Shown here: positions 14,420 to 26,264 of the stretch, in pieces
Numbering within the stretch: the stretch's first letter is position 1
Layout of the letters: each line of letters starts with the position of its first letter
Origin: Glycera tridactyla
Lineage: Eukaryota
Reading direction: 5' to 3'
NCBI GenBank assembly: GCA_965644265.1
Contig: OZ286459.1
Coordinates: 124,186,001-124,249,664 of the forward strand
DNA: 63,664 nt
Translations under genes and position numbers: made by a program
The notes under the pieces: model-generated
Seen by the model: only the letters and a program-made list of their open reading frames with translations
The model's database searches: none
What the model was told of the DNA's origin: nothing

Positions 14420-14990
14420 GAAATAGTGTACAAATCAATGCATTTGGGCTACGACAACCACTCACTGATCGCACCGGATTCGCCACAACAACTTTGAACG
14501 AATCAACTGCACCTGAATACGATAATCATGAAAGTGTACAAATCAACCATCCACATACAAAACACTGTACACATCACCCTTGCCTGAAATGCCTTATCCA
14601 AAACAGTGTACGAATCAACAGTGCCAGAGAATTCACATCCACAACCGTGCAGAAATCAAAGATCGCCGATGTCACATTCAAAACAGGGTACAGATCAACT
14701 GCGCCTTCGTCTCCACAAACACGAAAGTGTTCATATCAACTCTGCATAAGTTACAACAACCATGATATCGGAAGCGTCAACTGTAGCTGACTTTCCATGG
14801 CCACAGAAATATACCAATCAGCTGTGCTCGATTTGCCTCAACCAAAATAGTGTACAAAACATCATCACCTGTACATGACTTACCACAACTAGAACAATTT
14901 GCAAACCAACTCTTTCGAATTGACTATTTCCCAAGAAATGTACAACCCGCCCGTGGGTTACCACATCCAAAACAGTGTGCATAAATCAAC
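14420..14990. repeat. Decayed minisatellite of about 41 bp with a conserved core AAACAGTGTACAAATCAAC
   Basis: Core variants start near 14426, 14534, 14565, 14606, 14647, 14686, 14727, 14850 and 14975. Spacings are mostly 39-41 bp or multiples of it. Confidence 0.75.
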
Positions 14991-15519
14991 CATGCCTGTG
15001 ATTCCTTCAACCAAAGTTCCTTGTATGGTAACAGATGGGTGGTCAGGATTCTCTGTTGGATATCTCTGCCTTATCCTATCATACCTTCCTGCATTATAGC
15101 TGCGGTGTGATTAATCTCTGCACTTACGATCCCATACTGTTCTGGAATGATATTCTGGGGAATATCAGATTAACGGACATTGAAGACGTGAACATCCTTT
15201 CCGATGCACGACAAGCTGTTGTTTTGCGAGGAGTTATGGATGGGCGGACTATTCGGGAAGACTAACGCAATGTGTAGAAAACTACTAAATTGGTGTAAAA
15301 ACTGTAATTCCTATGATAGATGAGTTCATTCTACACTCGAGCGTGGGACGAATGATGTATCGATGGAGGAGGGCCGCTTATCTTGTTCAACACATCAGTT
15401 ACAAGTGAGCTGCACCTAGCTGTGTAGCACCTCGTACAATAGCCGAATGCATGTGACTAACATAGCTAGCATAATAAGATGATGCGTATAGACATGTTAT
15501 CAAACATACTGGTTGATAT

Positions 15520-15677
15520 GTACCATAGATTCTCGACATGAGAGGCAATTGATCACCTATGACATGCAATTGCATGGGGATTGTGGGACATGGTGTACCA
15601 TAGATCCTCAGCGACACCCTAGCCTGCAATTGATCACCCATGACATGCAATTTTATGGGGACTGTGAGATATGGTGC
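15520..15677. repeat. Two-copy tandem duplication of 75-81 bp
   Basis: GTACCATAGAT at 15520 and 15595; GCAATTGATCACC(T/C)ATGACATGCAATT at 15545 and 15626. Confidence 0.8.
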
Positions 15678-18600
15678 ATTTTCATGTGAGTGATAATTGA
15701 GAAACACGCAGCTTGCCTGAAGCAATATCTCAGTAATACACTGTTGTGGGAGTCACATTCACGACGAGTGTGTTTCGAGTGCATTTGATAAAATGACGAA
15801 CGAATAATGTGCATATATGCCAGTGAGTGTCAGTGGGTAGAATTGTGCCAAATACAATATATGTAGCTAAAAAAAACATTAGGAGGGACAAGTCGAATCT
15901 CTGTTGATGGTATATGATTCTCGGTCAAACATGATTGATATGCTGTCTTCAAATAGACACAATAAGCATAATTGATGCAAAGGAGAGAATCTTCATCTCT
16001 CACGTGGCTTTTAATCAAAGTTTGCTCTCTCATGTCAATAGAAAGTTAGACCGTGGAGAGCTTATAAGCTTGGAGATGCAGGATATTTCAATTCTTGATA
16101 AAGTGCCCAATGCTTCTATCCTCGGCCGATTTCAATTGCTATCTTGCCCCAAGTTCATTCGAGTCTATTGTAACGATATTATCAAATAGCTTTTTGTGAT
16201 CTCCGTTGGAGATCACTATGCTACCACCTCTCTGCTTGAAATGCCTTTTTACTTCGCCGATCCTGACTCTCGAGGCTAATATAACCAAACGAATCTTGAT
16301 CGGATCTGTGTAAAAGGATCGAATGATCTAATCTAACACAATTTTAAGATGATTTATTGATCCGATGAACGACAATTTGATGAAATGTAGCGATTACGTA
16401 ATGGGCATTTCTCCATACATTCGTTTTTGTGGCCGATTACCGCAGCACACTGATCTCGGCAGCTCAGATGATGATGTGCTGCGCACGCTTCACTCGCCCT
16501 ACTCGTGCAAGACATGTTTATGTCACCGGAAGAGATCATCGAATGTCTGTGATTCCAGGAAATCACTNNNNNNNNNNNNNNNNNNNNNNNNNNNNNNNNN
16601 NNNNNNNNNNNNNNNNNNNNNNNNNNNNNNNNNNNNNNNNNNNNNNNNNNNNNNNNNNNNNNNNNNNNNNNNNNNNNNNNNNNNNNNNNNNNNNNNNNNN
16701 NNNNNNNNNNNNNNNNNNNNNNNNNNNNNNNNNNNNNNNNNNNNNNNNNNNNNNNNNNNNNNNNNNNNNNNNNNNNNNNNNNNNNNNNNNNNNNNNNNNN
16801 NNNNNNNNNNNNNNNNNNNNNNNNNNNNNNNNNNNNNNNNNNNNNNNNNNNNNNNGTGGGCGCTCTTGTTCCTGATTATTAACAAGAAGCCGGCTGACTC
16901 CATCAGACATCGGGCTTTCAACCGTGAAATGACAGTGCAGATTCCTGAAGAGAAAGTGGGAATTCAGTCCATCAGATGTGAGTCACTTCTGGTGAAACTA
17001 TATATTCATCTCTCCCACAATCCGATCTGTTACAATCTCTGACAAATCGATGATTTGAATCAGTCCTTCTGCTTGACACAATATACGTTGGCCTCCCGGC
17101 AGTGGTGGCTGGTATGCTTCGACATATCATAATCAAGCAGTTACCGGCAATTCTGGGGCGGGCCGTCAATGGAGCTCGAATTCACACAAGATTGACGAAT
17201 TCTCTCTTCCGAGAAGTATCCCCATATGTTTCCAAACCCCCACCCTTTGTAGACAGGAGGTCTTCATAGAGATGTTGTTTACATCATAAAATACTATCTT
17301 AATCAGAGGTCAGGATGGCCTCTGTGTACAATGATATCCGATTACTTTCACATTCCGAGATCTNNNNNNNNNNNNNNNNNNNNNNNNNNNNNNNNNNNNN
17401 NNNNNNNNNNNNNNNNNNNNNNNNNNNNNNNNNNNNNNNNNNNNNNNNNNNNNNNNNNNNNNNNNNNNNNNNNNNNNNNNNNNNNNNNNNNNNNNNNNNN
17501 NNNNNNNNNNNNNNNNNNNNNNNNNNNNNNNNNNNNNNNNNNNNNNNNNNNNNNNNNNNNNNNNNNNNNNNNNNNNNNNNNNNNNNNNNNNNNNNNNTGC
17601 ATATCCCCCCTCCCCTTCTCCCTCCTCTCCCTTTCCTCCTCTACCTCTCTCTATCTCAATCGCGCCTTCTTGCTCTTACCCTTCCTCACCCCCACTCTCC
17701 ATGTCTCTCTGTCTCTCTGCATCGCTATTTCTAGCAAATTGCTACTGAGATCTACCAGTCCCACCTTAATGGGGTACTACTCGCGGCAGGACAAAGGTCA
17801 ACCGTTCATACTTTATCAAATATTTACATGCAGGGATCTCACCGGTGAACATGGGGCAACAGTTCCCGAATCTGTGATCGTTGAGTGAAACGAACCGGTA
17901 GGAGTACATCAAATATTGACGTCTCAAGTTGCCATAAATGGATATTGATCAGTTATTTTATACGGATAAGAAGCCCCACCTGTTGCAGATACAAAGCCTG
18001 ATCACCCCGTCACTAATAAAGGCGGGAGGAAGTAACGGACAGGAAGCTAAATGACTTCTATACTGCGATACATCGAGCTTCAGCTTCTCGTATTGCTCTG
18101 TCTGTATGTCTGTATGTCTGTATGTCTGTCTGCATGTCTGTTTTCCTTAACCTCGTCCTCGAAATCATTGTTATGTTTGTTGTGCTTGTCGTCATCATCG
18201 TCGCCGATTGTGTCATCCTAATCATTGAAGGTGTTACGACGAACGATACCAACATCAAGAATGACAGGGCAACGAATAAATGAGCGAAAATTACAACAAA
18301 TTCGCGGCGGCGACGGTGACAATAGTAGCGGTGGGAGCGTAAAACCATCTGCAATTCATTATTCAATCTTCTTTGACAAGATGACAAGACAGACAAGACC
18401 ACAAGACAACTAGATGGTATAGCGGTATAGCTAATGACCCTTGTGTACACCCAAGGCCCAAATTCCTGACTTGAGAGATGATTCAGAAGTGCTATTATCA
18501 GGCGTAGTGGCGAGGCTTGCTAATCAAGCAGATATCAGCTGCATGCGTATAGACTAGCTGCTGATTCGACAAGAGGACGAAGAAGGCATTACGGCTGATG

Positions 18601-19116
18601 CCTACATCAGATGGAGACAGCAGCCCCTACTTCAAGCCGATCTTGATTGAGGAGATCTGAAATTGGCAGGCGAGCACAAGGAGATATGCTCAGAGAGCCG
18701 GATGGACCAAAATGGAAATATAATTCCGATCTCTTGGCCTCTGACACGCCAATCCACTATGTATTGCCTACTGTATTCATTAGTTTCTATCAAGTGCCTG
18801 CTGAGGAGCGCCAAGAGAGGCCGCACAACGCATAATGTGCCCACATCAGTCAGACTCCATCTCATTTTTGGATGTCACAAAAATTATCCCCATGGCGTTT
18901 TGTCTCTCAGAAAAAATAAATGACTTCCAGTGATAACATCGCATAGGAAATCCCGAGTAATTCATTCATCTGAGAGTATATCTTGGAATGTATTGTAGCG
19001 ATAACTTCATAGTTTTTAGTCGATTAGAGGTGAGCGGATCCAATTTCTGCACGGAATGAAGAGTCCGTGGAGATGCAACAGTGGTAATATTGCTGTTTGT
19101 ATTCACGCGACCCCCG

Positions 19117-19130
19117 CCGCTAGATGGCGC
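19117..19130 (+). promoter_or_regulatory. CTCF-like motif CCGCTAGATGGCGC
   Basis: Close match to the bilaterian CTCF core CCASYAGRKGGCRS. Motif match only. Confidence 0.3.
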
Positions 19131-20480
19131 TATTATCGGCGCAGAACAAATGCCGGCGTGTTTGTCGGAACTTCAAACGGACGTCCATGTCTGGTTGCTA
19201 AGCTACGGTTCTGTTGACACAATGACTGGATTTCCCTTGACCACCACCAAAGGAAGCTTCGTTATCGCTGGATATCTGTGTCTCGGGTTCAGACCAGGCA
19301 CCTAATCAGCGAGTTCAAACTGCCACCATGTATCTGATGCACTTATTTCCCAGGATGGTTTGATGCCATTGAATTTCCTCTCCTACTTTAATACTGAATT
19401 ATTCCTCGCTTCCCTTGCGAAATTTCAATATCGGACTTGATTTGACGTCTCTGCAATTGAGATCTTAGATCCACTTCAGGACACCACATTACCTAACGTC
19501 CATCCCCAGCAGGGTTCCAGATGTTATTGCGGCACATGCTGTTCCGAATGACTGGGTTTATTCCTTTAAAGCTTGTGGACGTTGACCTGTTTTATTTATA
19601 CCAGGTATGAAGGTATTGTATTATGAATATTGACCGACCATTCACCAATTTAAGTCACTGCATTAGCCGTATATCTAGGAAGAGGGGAGCAAAAAGGAAC
19701 ATTATTATATGCTCATCTGATGGCTATATGCAGTGACTAAATGTTGAGGATCAATGATGCTGTTCATAACGTAATACCTTCACACCTATTCAAGGGGTGA
19801 AAATTGCACACTCAGGTTAGGATATTGTGTTGTTCCATTACTAGCAGCCGCATTTTAGCGAAATGGGCGGGGTCTTACCTGATGCTAAATGGACATCTAT
19901 TAGGTGGTGCTCATTATTTGACCACGTCAGCCACAGATTATGGATCATGCAGGATATGGAATAAACTGGCGGATATAAGTCTGCTTAGCCATCATTTTGC
20001 CTCCCTTTCCCCGCCAAGCATCTTTTCTGAAACTGCTCGAAAGTCGACCTATTTACAACCGCGAACAGCTATCCATAAATGTCGCCTCTTCACGTGACCA
20101 AGGTCGTTCATGGACAATCCAGACTTGATTCATAACAAGAAGCAAGGCATGTGATTTTGGCAGAGCACAATAATTCCACTTGATATATCTCTGCTTCTGT
20201 CAACATATGATTAAACCACTACTCACAGAATTTATCAGATAGGTTATATTGAAATATGCATGCAAATTCAAAATGACTCGAGCAACATAGAAACGGATGT
20301 TTACCTCGGATATGACATATAGATGCCATTTCACGGGATGACAGCTTCTCAAGTGTCGACTTTAATGTCACCTCATGTCACGGAAGACAGGTAATATTTT
20401 TGATTTGAAGAACTTTAATCACAGTATAGCTTCGACCTAGGTCGCACTACAAGCTTTTGTGGACATGCATGAAAAAGGAG

Positions 20481-20578
20481 TACAAAGTACAACATGGCAA
20501 TAAACATGGCAATAAACATGGCAAAAACATGGCAAAGTGCAACATGGCAATAAACATGGCAATAAACATGGCAAAAAC
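20481..20578. repeat. 12-bp AACATGGCAATA units arranged as a 50-bp higher-order repeat inside the LINE 3' UTR
   Basis: Units of 12+12+11+15 nt (20491-20540) are repeated from 20541 to 20578. Confidence 0.9.
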
Positions 20579-21115
20579 GACTATGTACAAGACATATAAG
20601 TATGATGGCGCATAGTGAGCACGAAGATAGTATATACAATATTTACAAAACTATTATGTACAGATATTGGAGTGGTAGATATTGATTGGTGTTGTCTGGC
20701 ATGGATGAAATAATATAATATGAATATTGTACGTTATTGTCTGGAATTAACTATGGGGGGTGGATCAAACAATAGGAGCTATAGGATATGATATATATGA
20801 GTGGCTGATGGCATGGAATGATGCAAAGTATAAGTATCAGGTTATTGACAAATACGAGTATCTATAGACATATTTATACATTCAGTTCTAAAATTACAGT
20901 TTGTAACTAATACATTTATTTCTTGTGACCAGACAATCGTGATTTACGTATCAGTGATAAGTGTGAGTTGCTAAGCTCACCACAACCCATGTAATCCCAC
21001 TCATTAGAAAAGCATACAACAGTACAAGACCAAATATAATGCCATGTCTATACTATTCATTCAGGTACATTGCATATATGAGATATGCCACATCATATAT
21101 ATACATAAACAGAGC

Positions 21116-24106
21116 TCATACATAGTATAGTTTGCATTTTTTCTTCATGATTCCTATAGAGGCACTCTCCCTGAGTTCGACTGGCGCAGAGTTCCACATT
21201 TTAATTCCTCTAAAGATTATGCTTCTTGTCGCAAATTGCGTTTTGAGCCGAGGTAGTTGGAGATCTCCCCTGACCGACTGGCGTGTTTGTCTACCAGTGA
21301 TGTCAGCACGTTTCCTTAGTAAGTGAACATGATTATCATTCAAAGGCATATTAACCATTTTATAAAATTCTATCATTAGCTGTCTATTCCTGAACTGATC
21401 AAGATAGGGCACTTTCAAGGCATTATGGCACTCAGTGGCTGAGTAACAATAGGGACTATTCCGAACCACTCTTAAACAACGATTCTGTAATATCTGAAGC
21501 CTGTTAGCTTGTTCTTGATTTAAACTCCCATAGATATGTCCATTGTAGGTAAGAAGAGATTGGATCAAGGAGTGGAAGAGAAACAAAGCCCTCCCTTCAC
21601 TTATATACGGACGGATATGGGCAAGTGCTGACTTACGAATATTGACTTTTCGTATCAAGTAGCTGACGTGTGCATCAAAGGATAAATTGGCGTCTAACAT
21701 AATTCCCAGATATTTGTAAGTGGATACTCGTTGAATTAAATGTCCGCCATATCTTAGTGATGTCAGAGATACCCGTTGTGTTTGGGGATGAGTGCCAAAT
21801 ACCATTACTGATGATTTATTAAGATTTAGAGAGAGCTTCATGTAAATAAACCATTCACTTAACACATCTATAGCTCTATTGAGTTTTGTAACCAAATCAA
21901 CCTCGCTTGAAGCACTGGCACATACCGCAGTGTCATCTGCATATAAGTAAGGGGTACAGTCGACTAGAACATTCGGTAATTCATTGACATAGATCACAAA
22001 TAGGAGAGGCCCCAGGATGGAACCTTGGGGCACTCCACAGGTCATAGTACGATTAGAGGATAGAGCACCATCATATTTCACTGACTGTTGCCGATTCAGT
22101 AAATACGATCGGAACCATTGGACGGCACCATACCTAAAGCCCACCTCATGAAGTCTTGTCAGAAGAAGATTATGATCAACTGTATCGAATGCCTTCTTCA
22201 GATCCAGGAAGAGGACTCCTGTAGGGCATGTCTGATCAGCGTTCGTGAAGATTGATTCCAGGAAGCTGGTCAGACACGCCCCAGTCGAGTACCCCTCCCT
22301 GAATCCGAATTGGGCATTCGACAAGATGCCATATCTGTTTAAATAAGAGTACACTTGACGATGAACAACTTTCTCCATTATTTTGCCCAGTGTCGGTATG
22401 ATGGAGATCGGACGAAAACTGGATAGACTAAAATCGTTACCACCTTTGTGTAGTATAGTTACTACACTCTCCTTCCAGGCAGATGGAAATATGGCCGATG
22501 CAATAGAATTATTACATATGGCGGTCAAAGCATGTAGGATATTCCCTGGAAACATTCGACACAAATTGGCCGTTATGCCATCCTTCCCGGCTGATGTAGT
22601 TTTATTCAGGTCATGTATAACTTTGGATATCTCACCCTGTGTGATGGGACCCAGTTCAAATATAGGAGGATAGTGCAGGGAAGTCCTTGGAGCTTGATTC
22701 GAATCTGGAATTTCCCTTGCTAGTTTTACACCTATTTCACAGAAAAAGTCATTTATCTCACATGCTTGATCATAGCTACACTTCGATGCGAGCTTAGGCT
22801 TGGCAGAGTTCTTCTTTGTGAGTGGCCATATCTCTTTAATAGACTTCCACATTTTCTTAGGATTGTGCTCATGCCGTTCAATATTGTTTTCGACGTAAGT
22901 TTTGATTAACTCCTTTTTCAAGGAATATTTGCGTCTGAGGGCCTCCTTTTTCAAAATCTGGTTCATTTCGGTCGGTGACTTATAGAATAGGCGCAAACGA
23001 TATTCACATAAATCAATCATGCTCAAGTAATCATGATTGACCCAGGGTTGGGAAAATTCCCGAAATTGACGCTTCTTAACAGGTGCATGAATATTCAGAC
23101 ATTTAGTTATTTCAATACCCAGGTTTTCGGCAGACTCATTCGGGTCCGCCTTGGCAATAATTGAATCAACATTAATCTTACTCAAATCACTTCTAAAATC
23201 TGACTCATTGAAATTTCTATAACTTCGAAATTGATATTGACATTTCTTTCTAGACACTTTTTGGCGTTTTCGGCTCACAAATATCAAGGCATGATCGCTC
23301 ATGCCTGGGTCTATCACACCTGAGTGGCAGAAATAATTCTTGTCAGATACCAGTATATGGTCAATTATTGTAGAACTGGTCGTTGTAATTCGTGTAGGAG
23401 ATCTGATGAGTTGAGATAATGATTGATCACGTATGAAGTTATGATATGATTTTATACCAGGACCACGTGGCTTACTCAGATCAAGATTTAAATCTCCCAT
23501 CAGTATTACACTGTGAACAGGCCATTTGTCACGGAGAGCTTCAAGGTTAACAGTAACTTGGCCAATAAAATCACTCACTTGTCCATCTGGTGGTCTATAT
23601 AAAGCACCGAGTACCAGAGGGCGACATTTATTAAATTGGATTACACACCATCCCGATTCTATAGCTCGAGAGCAATGAGATATATCATGTATGGCTGAGA
23701 CACTGTATTGAGATGCATAATAGATCAATATTCCTCCACCACCTGACTTGCCACTCAAGTCAGTTCTATCGAATCTTAAGAATTCATATCCAGAAATAGC
23801 CAGCTCTTCATCTCCAATACTGTCGTTAAGAAAGGACTCTGTTAAAACAAGAAAATCTAGCCTACTTTTTTCCAAGAATATTTTCACATCATCAATTTTT
23901 CGTGTAATACTTTGAATATTCAGTCCTCCAAAAGATATGCCAGGCAGGTTGGAGAGAGATGCTGTGGTATATTCGAAATCAGACAAGTGATTGGCTGAGG
24001 GGAAAACATGGGTCGGTCTTCGTCTGTTACTATTAATTTTTTCGATAAGGAGGAGCTGGGATAGAGTTAAAATTGTTTGATAAATATATATTAATTTACA
24101 AGTCAC
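21116..24106 (-). CDS. LINE ORF2: apurinic-like endonuclease + reverse transcriptase (996 codons, GTG-called start)
   Basis: APE motifs GLNIQS, LTESFL, GGGILIY, YRPP, MGDLNLD, IDHIL, SDH. RT motifs FRPISII, QFGFREGYST, FLDLKKAFDTVDH, GVPQGSILGPLLF, YADDT, YKYLG. CR1/L2-type C-terminus RGIKMWNSAP. No internal stops. Confidence 0.96.
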   Translation of the reverse strand: MTCKLIYIYQTILTLSQLLLIEKINSNRRRPTHVFPSANHLSDFEYTTASLSNLPGISFGGLNIQSITRKIDDVKIFLEKSRLDFLVLTESFLNDSIGDEELAISGYEFLRFDRTDLSGKSGGGGILIYYASQYSVSAIHDISHCSRAIESGWCVIQFNKCRPLVLGALYRPPDGQVSDFIGQVTVNLEALRDKWPVHSVILMGDLNLDLSKPRGPGIKSYHNFIRDQSLSQLIRSPTRITTTSSTIIDHILVSDKNYFCHSGVIDPGMSDHALIFVSRKRQKVSRKKCQYQFRSYRNFNESDFRSDLSKINVDSIIAKADPNESAENLGIEITKCLNIHAPVKKRQFREFSQPWVNHDYLSMIDLCEYRLRLFYKSPTEMNQILKKEALRRKYSLKKELIKTYVENNIERHEHNPKKMWKSIKEIWPLTKKNSAKPKLASKCSYDQACEINDFFCEIGVKLAREIPDSNQAPRTSLHYPPIFELGPITQGEISKVIHDLNKTTSAGKDGITANLCRMFPGNILHALTAICNNSIASAIFPSAWKESVVTILHKGGNDFSLSSFRPISIIPTLGKIMEKVVHRQVYSYLNRYGILSNAQFGFREGYSTGACLTSFLESIFTNADQTCPTGVLFLDLKKAFDTVDHNLLLTRLHEVGFRYGAVQWFRSYLLNRQQSVKYDGALSSNRTMTCGVPQGSILGPLLFVIYVNELPNVLVDCTPYLYADDTAVCASASSEVDLVTKLNRAIDVLSEWFIYMKLSLNLNKSSVMVFGTHPQTQRVSLTSLRYGGHLIQRVSTYKYLGIMLDANLSFDAHVSYLIRKVNIRKSALAHIRPYISEGRALFLFHSLIQSLLTYNGHIYGSLNQEQANRLQILQNRCLRVVRNSPYCYSATECHNALKVPYLDQFRNRQLMIEFYKMVNMPLNDNHVHLLRKRADITGRQTRQSVRGDLQLPRLKTQFATRSIIFRGIKMWNSAPVELRESASIGIMKKKCKLYYV

Positions 24107-26164
24107 GGAGTCAAGAAAGTGGCTAGCAAGGTAGATGGTATAATCAAGATGTTAACGGGAGGTTGAGTTGGATTTGTATATAGGTGGAGTGCAGTTGGAA
24201 TTGTGTACCTCGCAAATCTTGATCTTCCTAACAGTACATACTGCCTTCTGGAAATTCATAGCCAGGTGAGTGTTGATGGAAGGAGAAAAGTGTAGGCAAG
24301 CAGAAGAAACTACCAATTGCTAGTAATGACAGACCAATAAGTAGATTACATAAGAAAATGAGATACGGTAATATAATGTAATATAGCTGGTTATATTTCA
24401 GTTCCCATCACAACGATTTTTCTCACTGCCATTTTGATGTTGTATAGTCTTAGTCCTTATTAGACTCGTAGAGTTAGGGGCTATTAATGGCTTCAGCGGA
24501 AGACAAGGATGTACACAGTTTCGTAGTGTCCCAGGTCCATTTCAAGCGGCAAACTACATGTGCTTCAATCTGGAATAATTCATCACTGGTGACATTCTTC
24601 TCTTGTTGAAGCAGCAGAATACGTGAGAATACGTTAGCAGGACACAGGAAATATGCAGCAGGGTGTTCACTGTATAGGTCCACCACGGCAATTCTACAAG
24701 TATTTACTGCAGACGATGTATTTTGAGCCAGATCCAGCAGATGGATATTTGAACAGTATCGTCTTACTTGTGTGCGTGTCGGCGAGGAGGGTCTTTGCAA
24801 CCCAGCTGAGAGAGTCGAATGCAGGAGGACGTGAGATGGTGTATAGGGCAGATGCATTGCTAGGTATTCGCCCATCTCCGGCATATCCAGCACTCTGTAT
24901 ATTGGAACAGGTTACAAGGCTTCAGGCAATTTCCGGTCTGTCACGCGCTCTCCATAACAGCGAACCTTCACCTGAAGTCTGTCCGTTTACAACACCCCCT
25001 GGGAATCATCCCGTACGTCCTACGGATGTCTTGGACGTTGTACTGGCGTGACGTGACGTGCCACACTCGAAACGTTTGTGTACATTTATTGCTCATCCCT
25101 TCATGCCAACAATATGTGTAAATAGGATAAATATGTACAGACAACATCATTAATAATGTGTCTGATCCTACTCGTCATCAACAAACATATAATGAGTATT
25201 TAATGACTGTCCACTACTGCGAGTCTATTGAAGTGAGGACATTAAGATTATTTAGATGTTTTGGGAGTTATAGAGTGAAGAACGTACTTTCTTCATACCG
25301 CATTGTCCCCGCCAATGACTCATCAGTGCCAGTATGTTCTAACAAAAGTGAAGATGTTGGGTAGAGAGTAAGAAAGGCAATATACTAAACATATCAAAGA
25401 TCAACCAGAGTGTATTTTACTATTAGCACATAGAAGTTCATATCATGATTGTATGTGTTCCGCTCTTATCATCCGAACAGTCATATGAAATAATGGGATC
25501 GCTTGATGCTACAGTCGATTTTTCTCCTCATTGAGGACATGGCTTCTTCTATACGGGCGCGATTAATGTTTTGTCAGAGCTAGAAGAGCTGTAGGGTCTG
25601 CGTTTTATCTCTGGCACCAGCATCGGAATGCATTTGCTTGGAACCTCCAGAGGGAGTCCAGTTTGAAATTGATGGCTTCAAACATTAAAGACGAGCCCTT
25701 TGTTGCTCATGCTCGCCGCTGGCCTTTAAGGCAGTCTGCAGACGCCCATCAGTCTCTGTCACCTGACCACTAGCACGAGTGTTTTTATCGACATCTGCTT
25801 CACAATCGATGCCTCCACCTTCTCTAAAATAAAAGACGCCAATGTCAAAGATGGCAGGCTGTCGACAAGCGATCGAAGCAAGTGCGATTCTCCATATGAC
25901 GCGTCGCCCAAAGATACATGGCGTCTGCGAGGGCTTCCCTCTCTCGTCATTCGTCAACTACTTGTCACGTGAATCAGATTCCTCGTCATGCCGATATCGA
26001 CACACATGCTTTTCTCATCCACCATTATTCCCAATGGCAACCCACAACCAGGAAGCTGAGTAACATCTCCTCGCTAGCGTCGGGAAGCTTATGAGTTGTT
26101 TGCTGCCTTATTGCCAAAGACACTAATAATAGAGGCAGTGAAAGTGTGAGACCGAAATAGATTG

Positions 26165-26165
26165 A

Positions 26166-26200
<35 letters not shown>
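26165..26200. repeat. (TA)n microsatellite abutting the PLE 5' end
   Basis: ATATATGTATATAT...AT. It creates the artefactual MYIYIYIYIYI start of the 199-aa ORF. Confidence 0.95.
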
Positions 26201-26202
<2 letters not shown>

Positions 26203-26264
26203 CCACTGACGACACACGTCCTTTTGTGTTCAAAAGTCCTCTCGAAAAACTCGAAGCTGAATCA

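Larger units (their letters stand above)
20398..24259 (-). mobile_element. CR1/L2-group (Crack/Daphne-like) non-LTR retrotransposon, near-intact ORF2 plus about 720 nt of 3' UTR; 5' boundary unresolved
   Basis: APE+RT ORF on the minus strand. The putative 3' end on minus reads hairpin (CGACCTAGGTCG, 20433-20444), then ATTAAA (20414-20419), then a TTCAAATCAAA tail ending near 20398. No recognisable ORF1 or TSD. Confidence 0.85.

Noticed and set aside
14404-14790. 128-aa ORF with SVQIN repeats
   Set aside because: Falls on the roughly 41-bp minisatellite, whose period is not a multiple of three.
24000-24110. 2A-like peptide (GD[V/I]ExNPGP) at the LINE ORF2 N-terminus
   Set aside because: A hydrophobic LLLI stretch is present but the NPGP motif is absent.
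25290-25330. Minus-strand CTGATGA-GTC...GAC hammerhead-like core
   Set aside because: Followed by AATG rather than GAAA.
26205-26236. CTGACGA-CACAC...GTGT as a second, 5' hammerhead
   Set aside because: No GAAA after the stem and no stem I/III pairing found.
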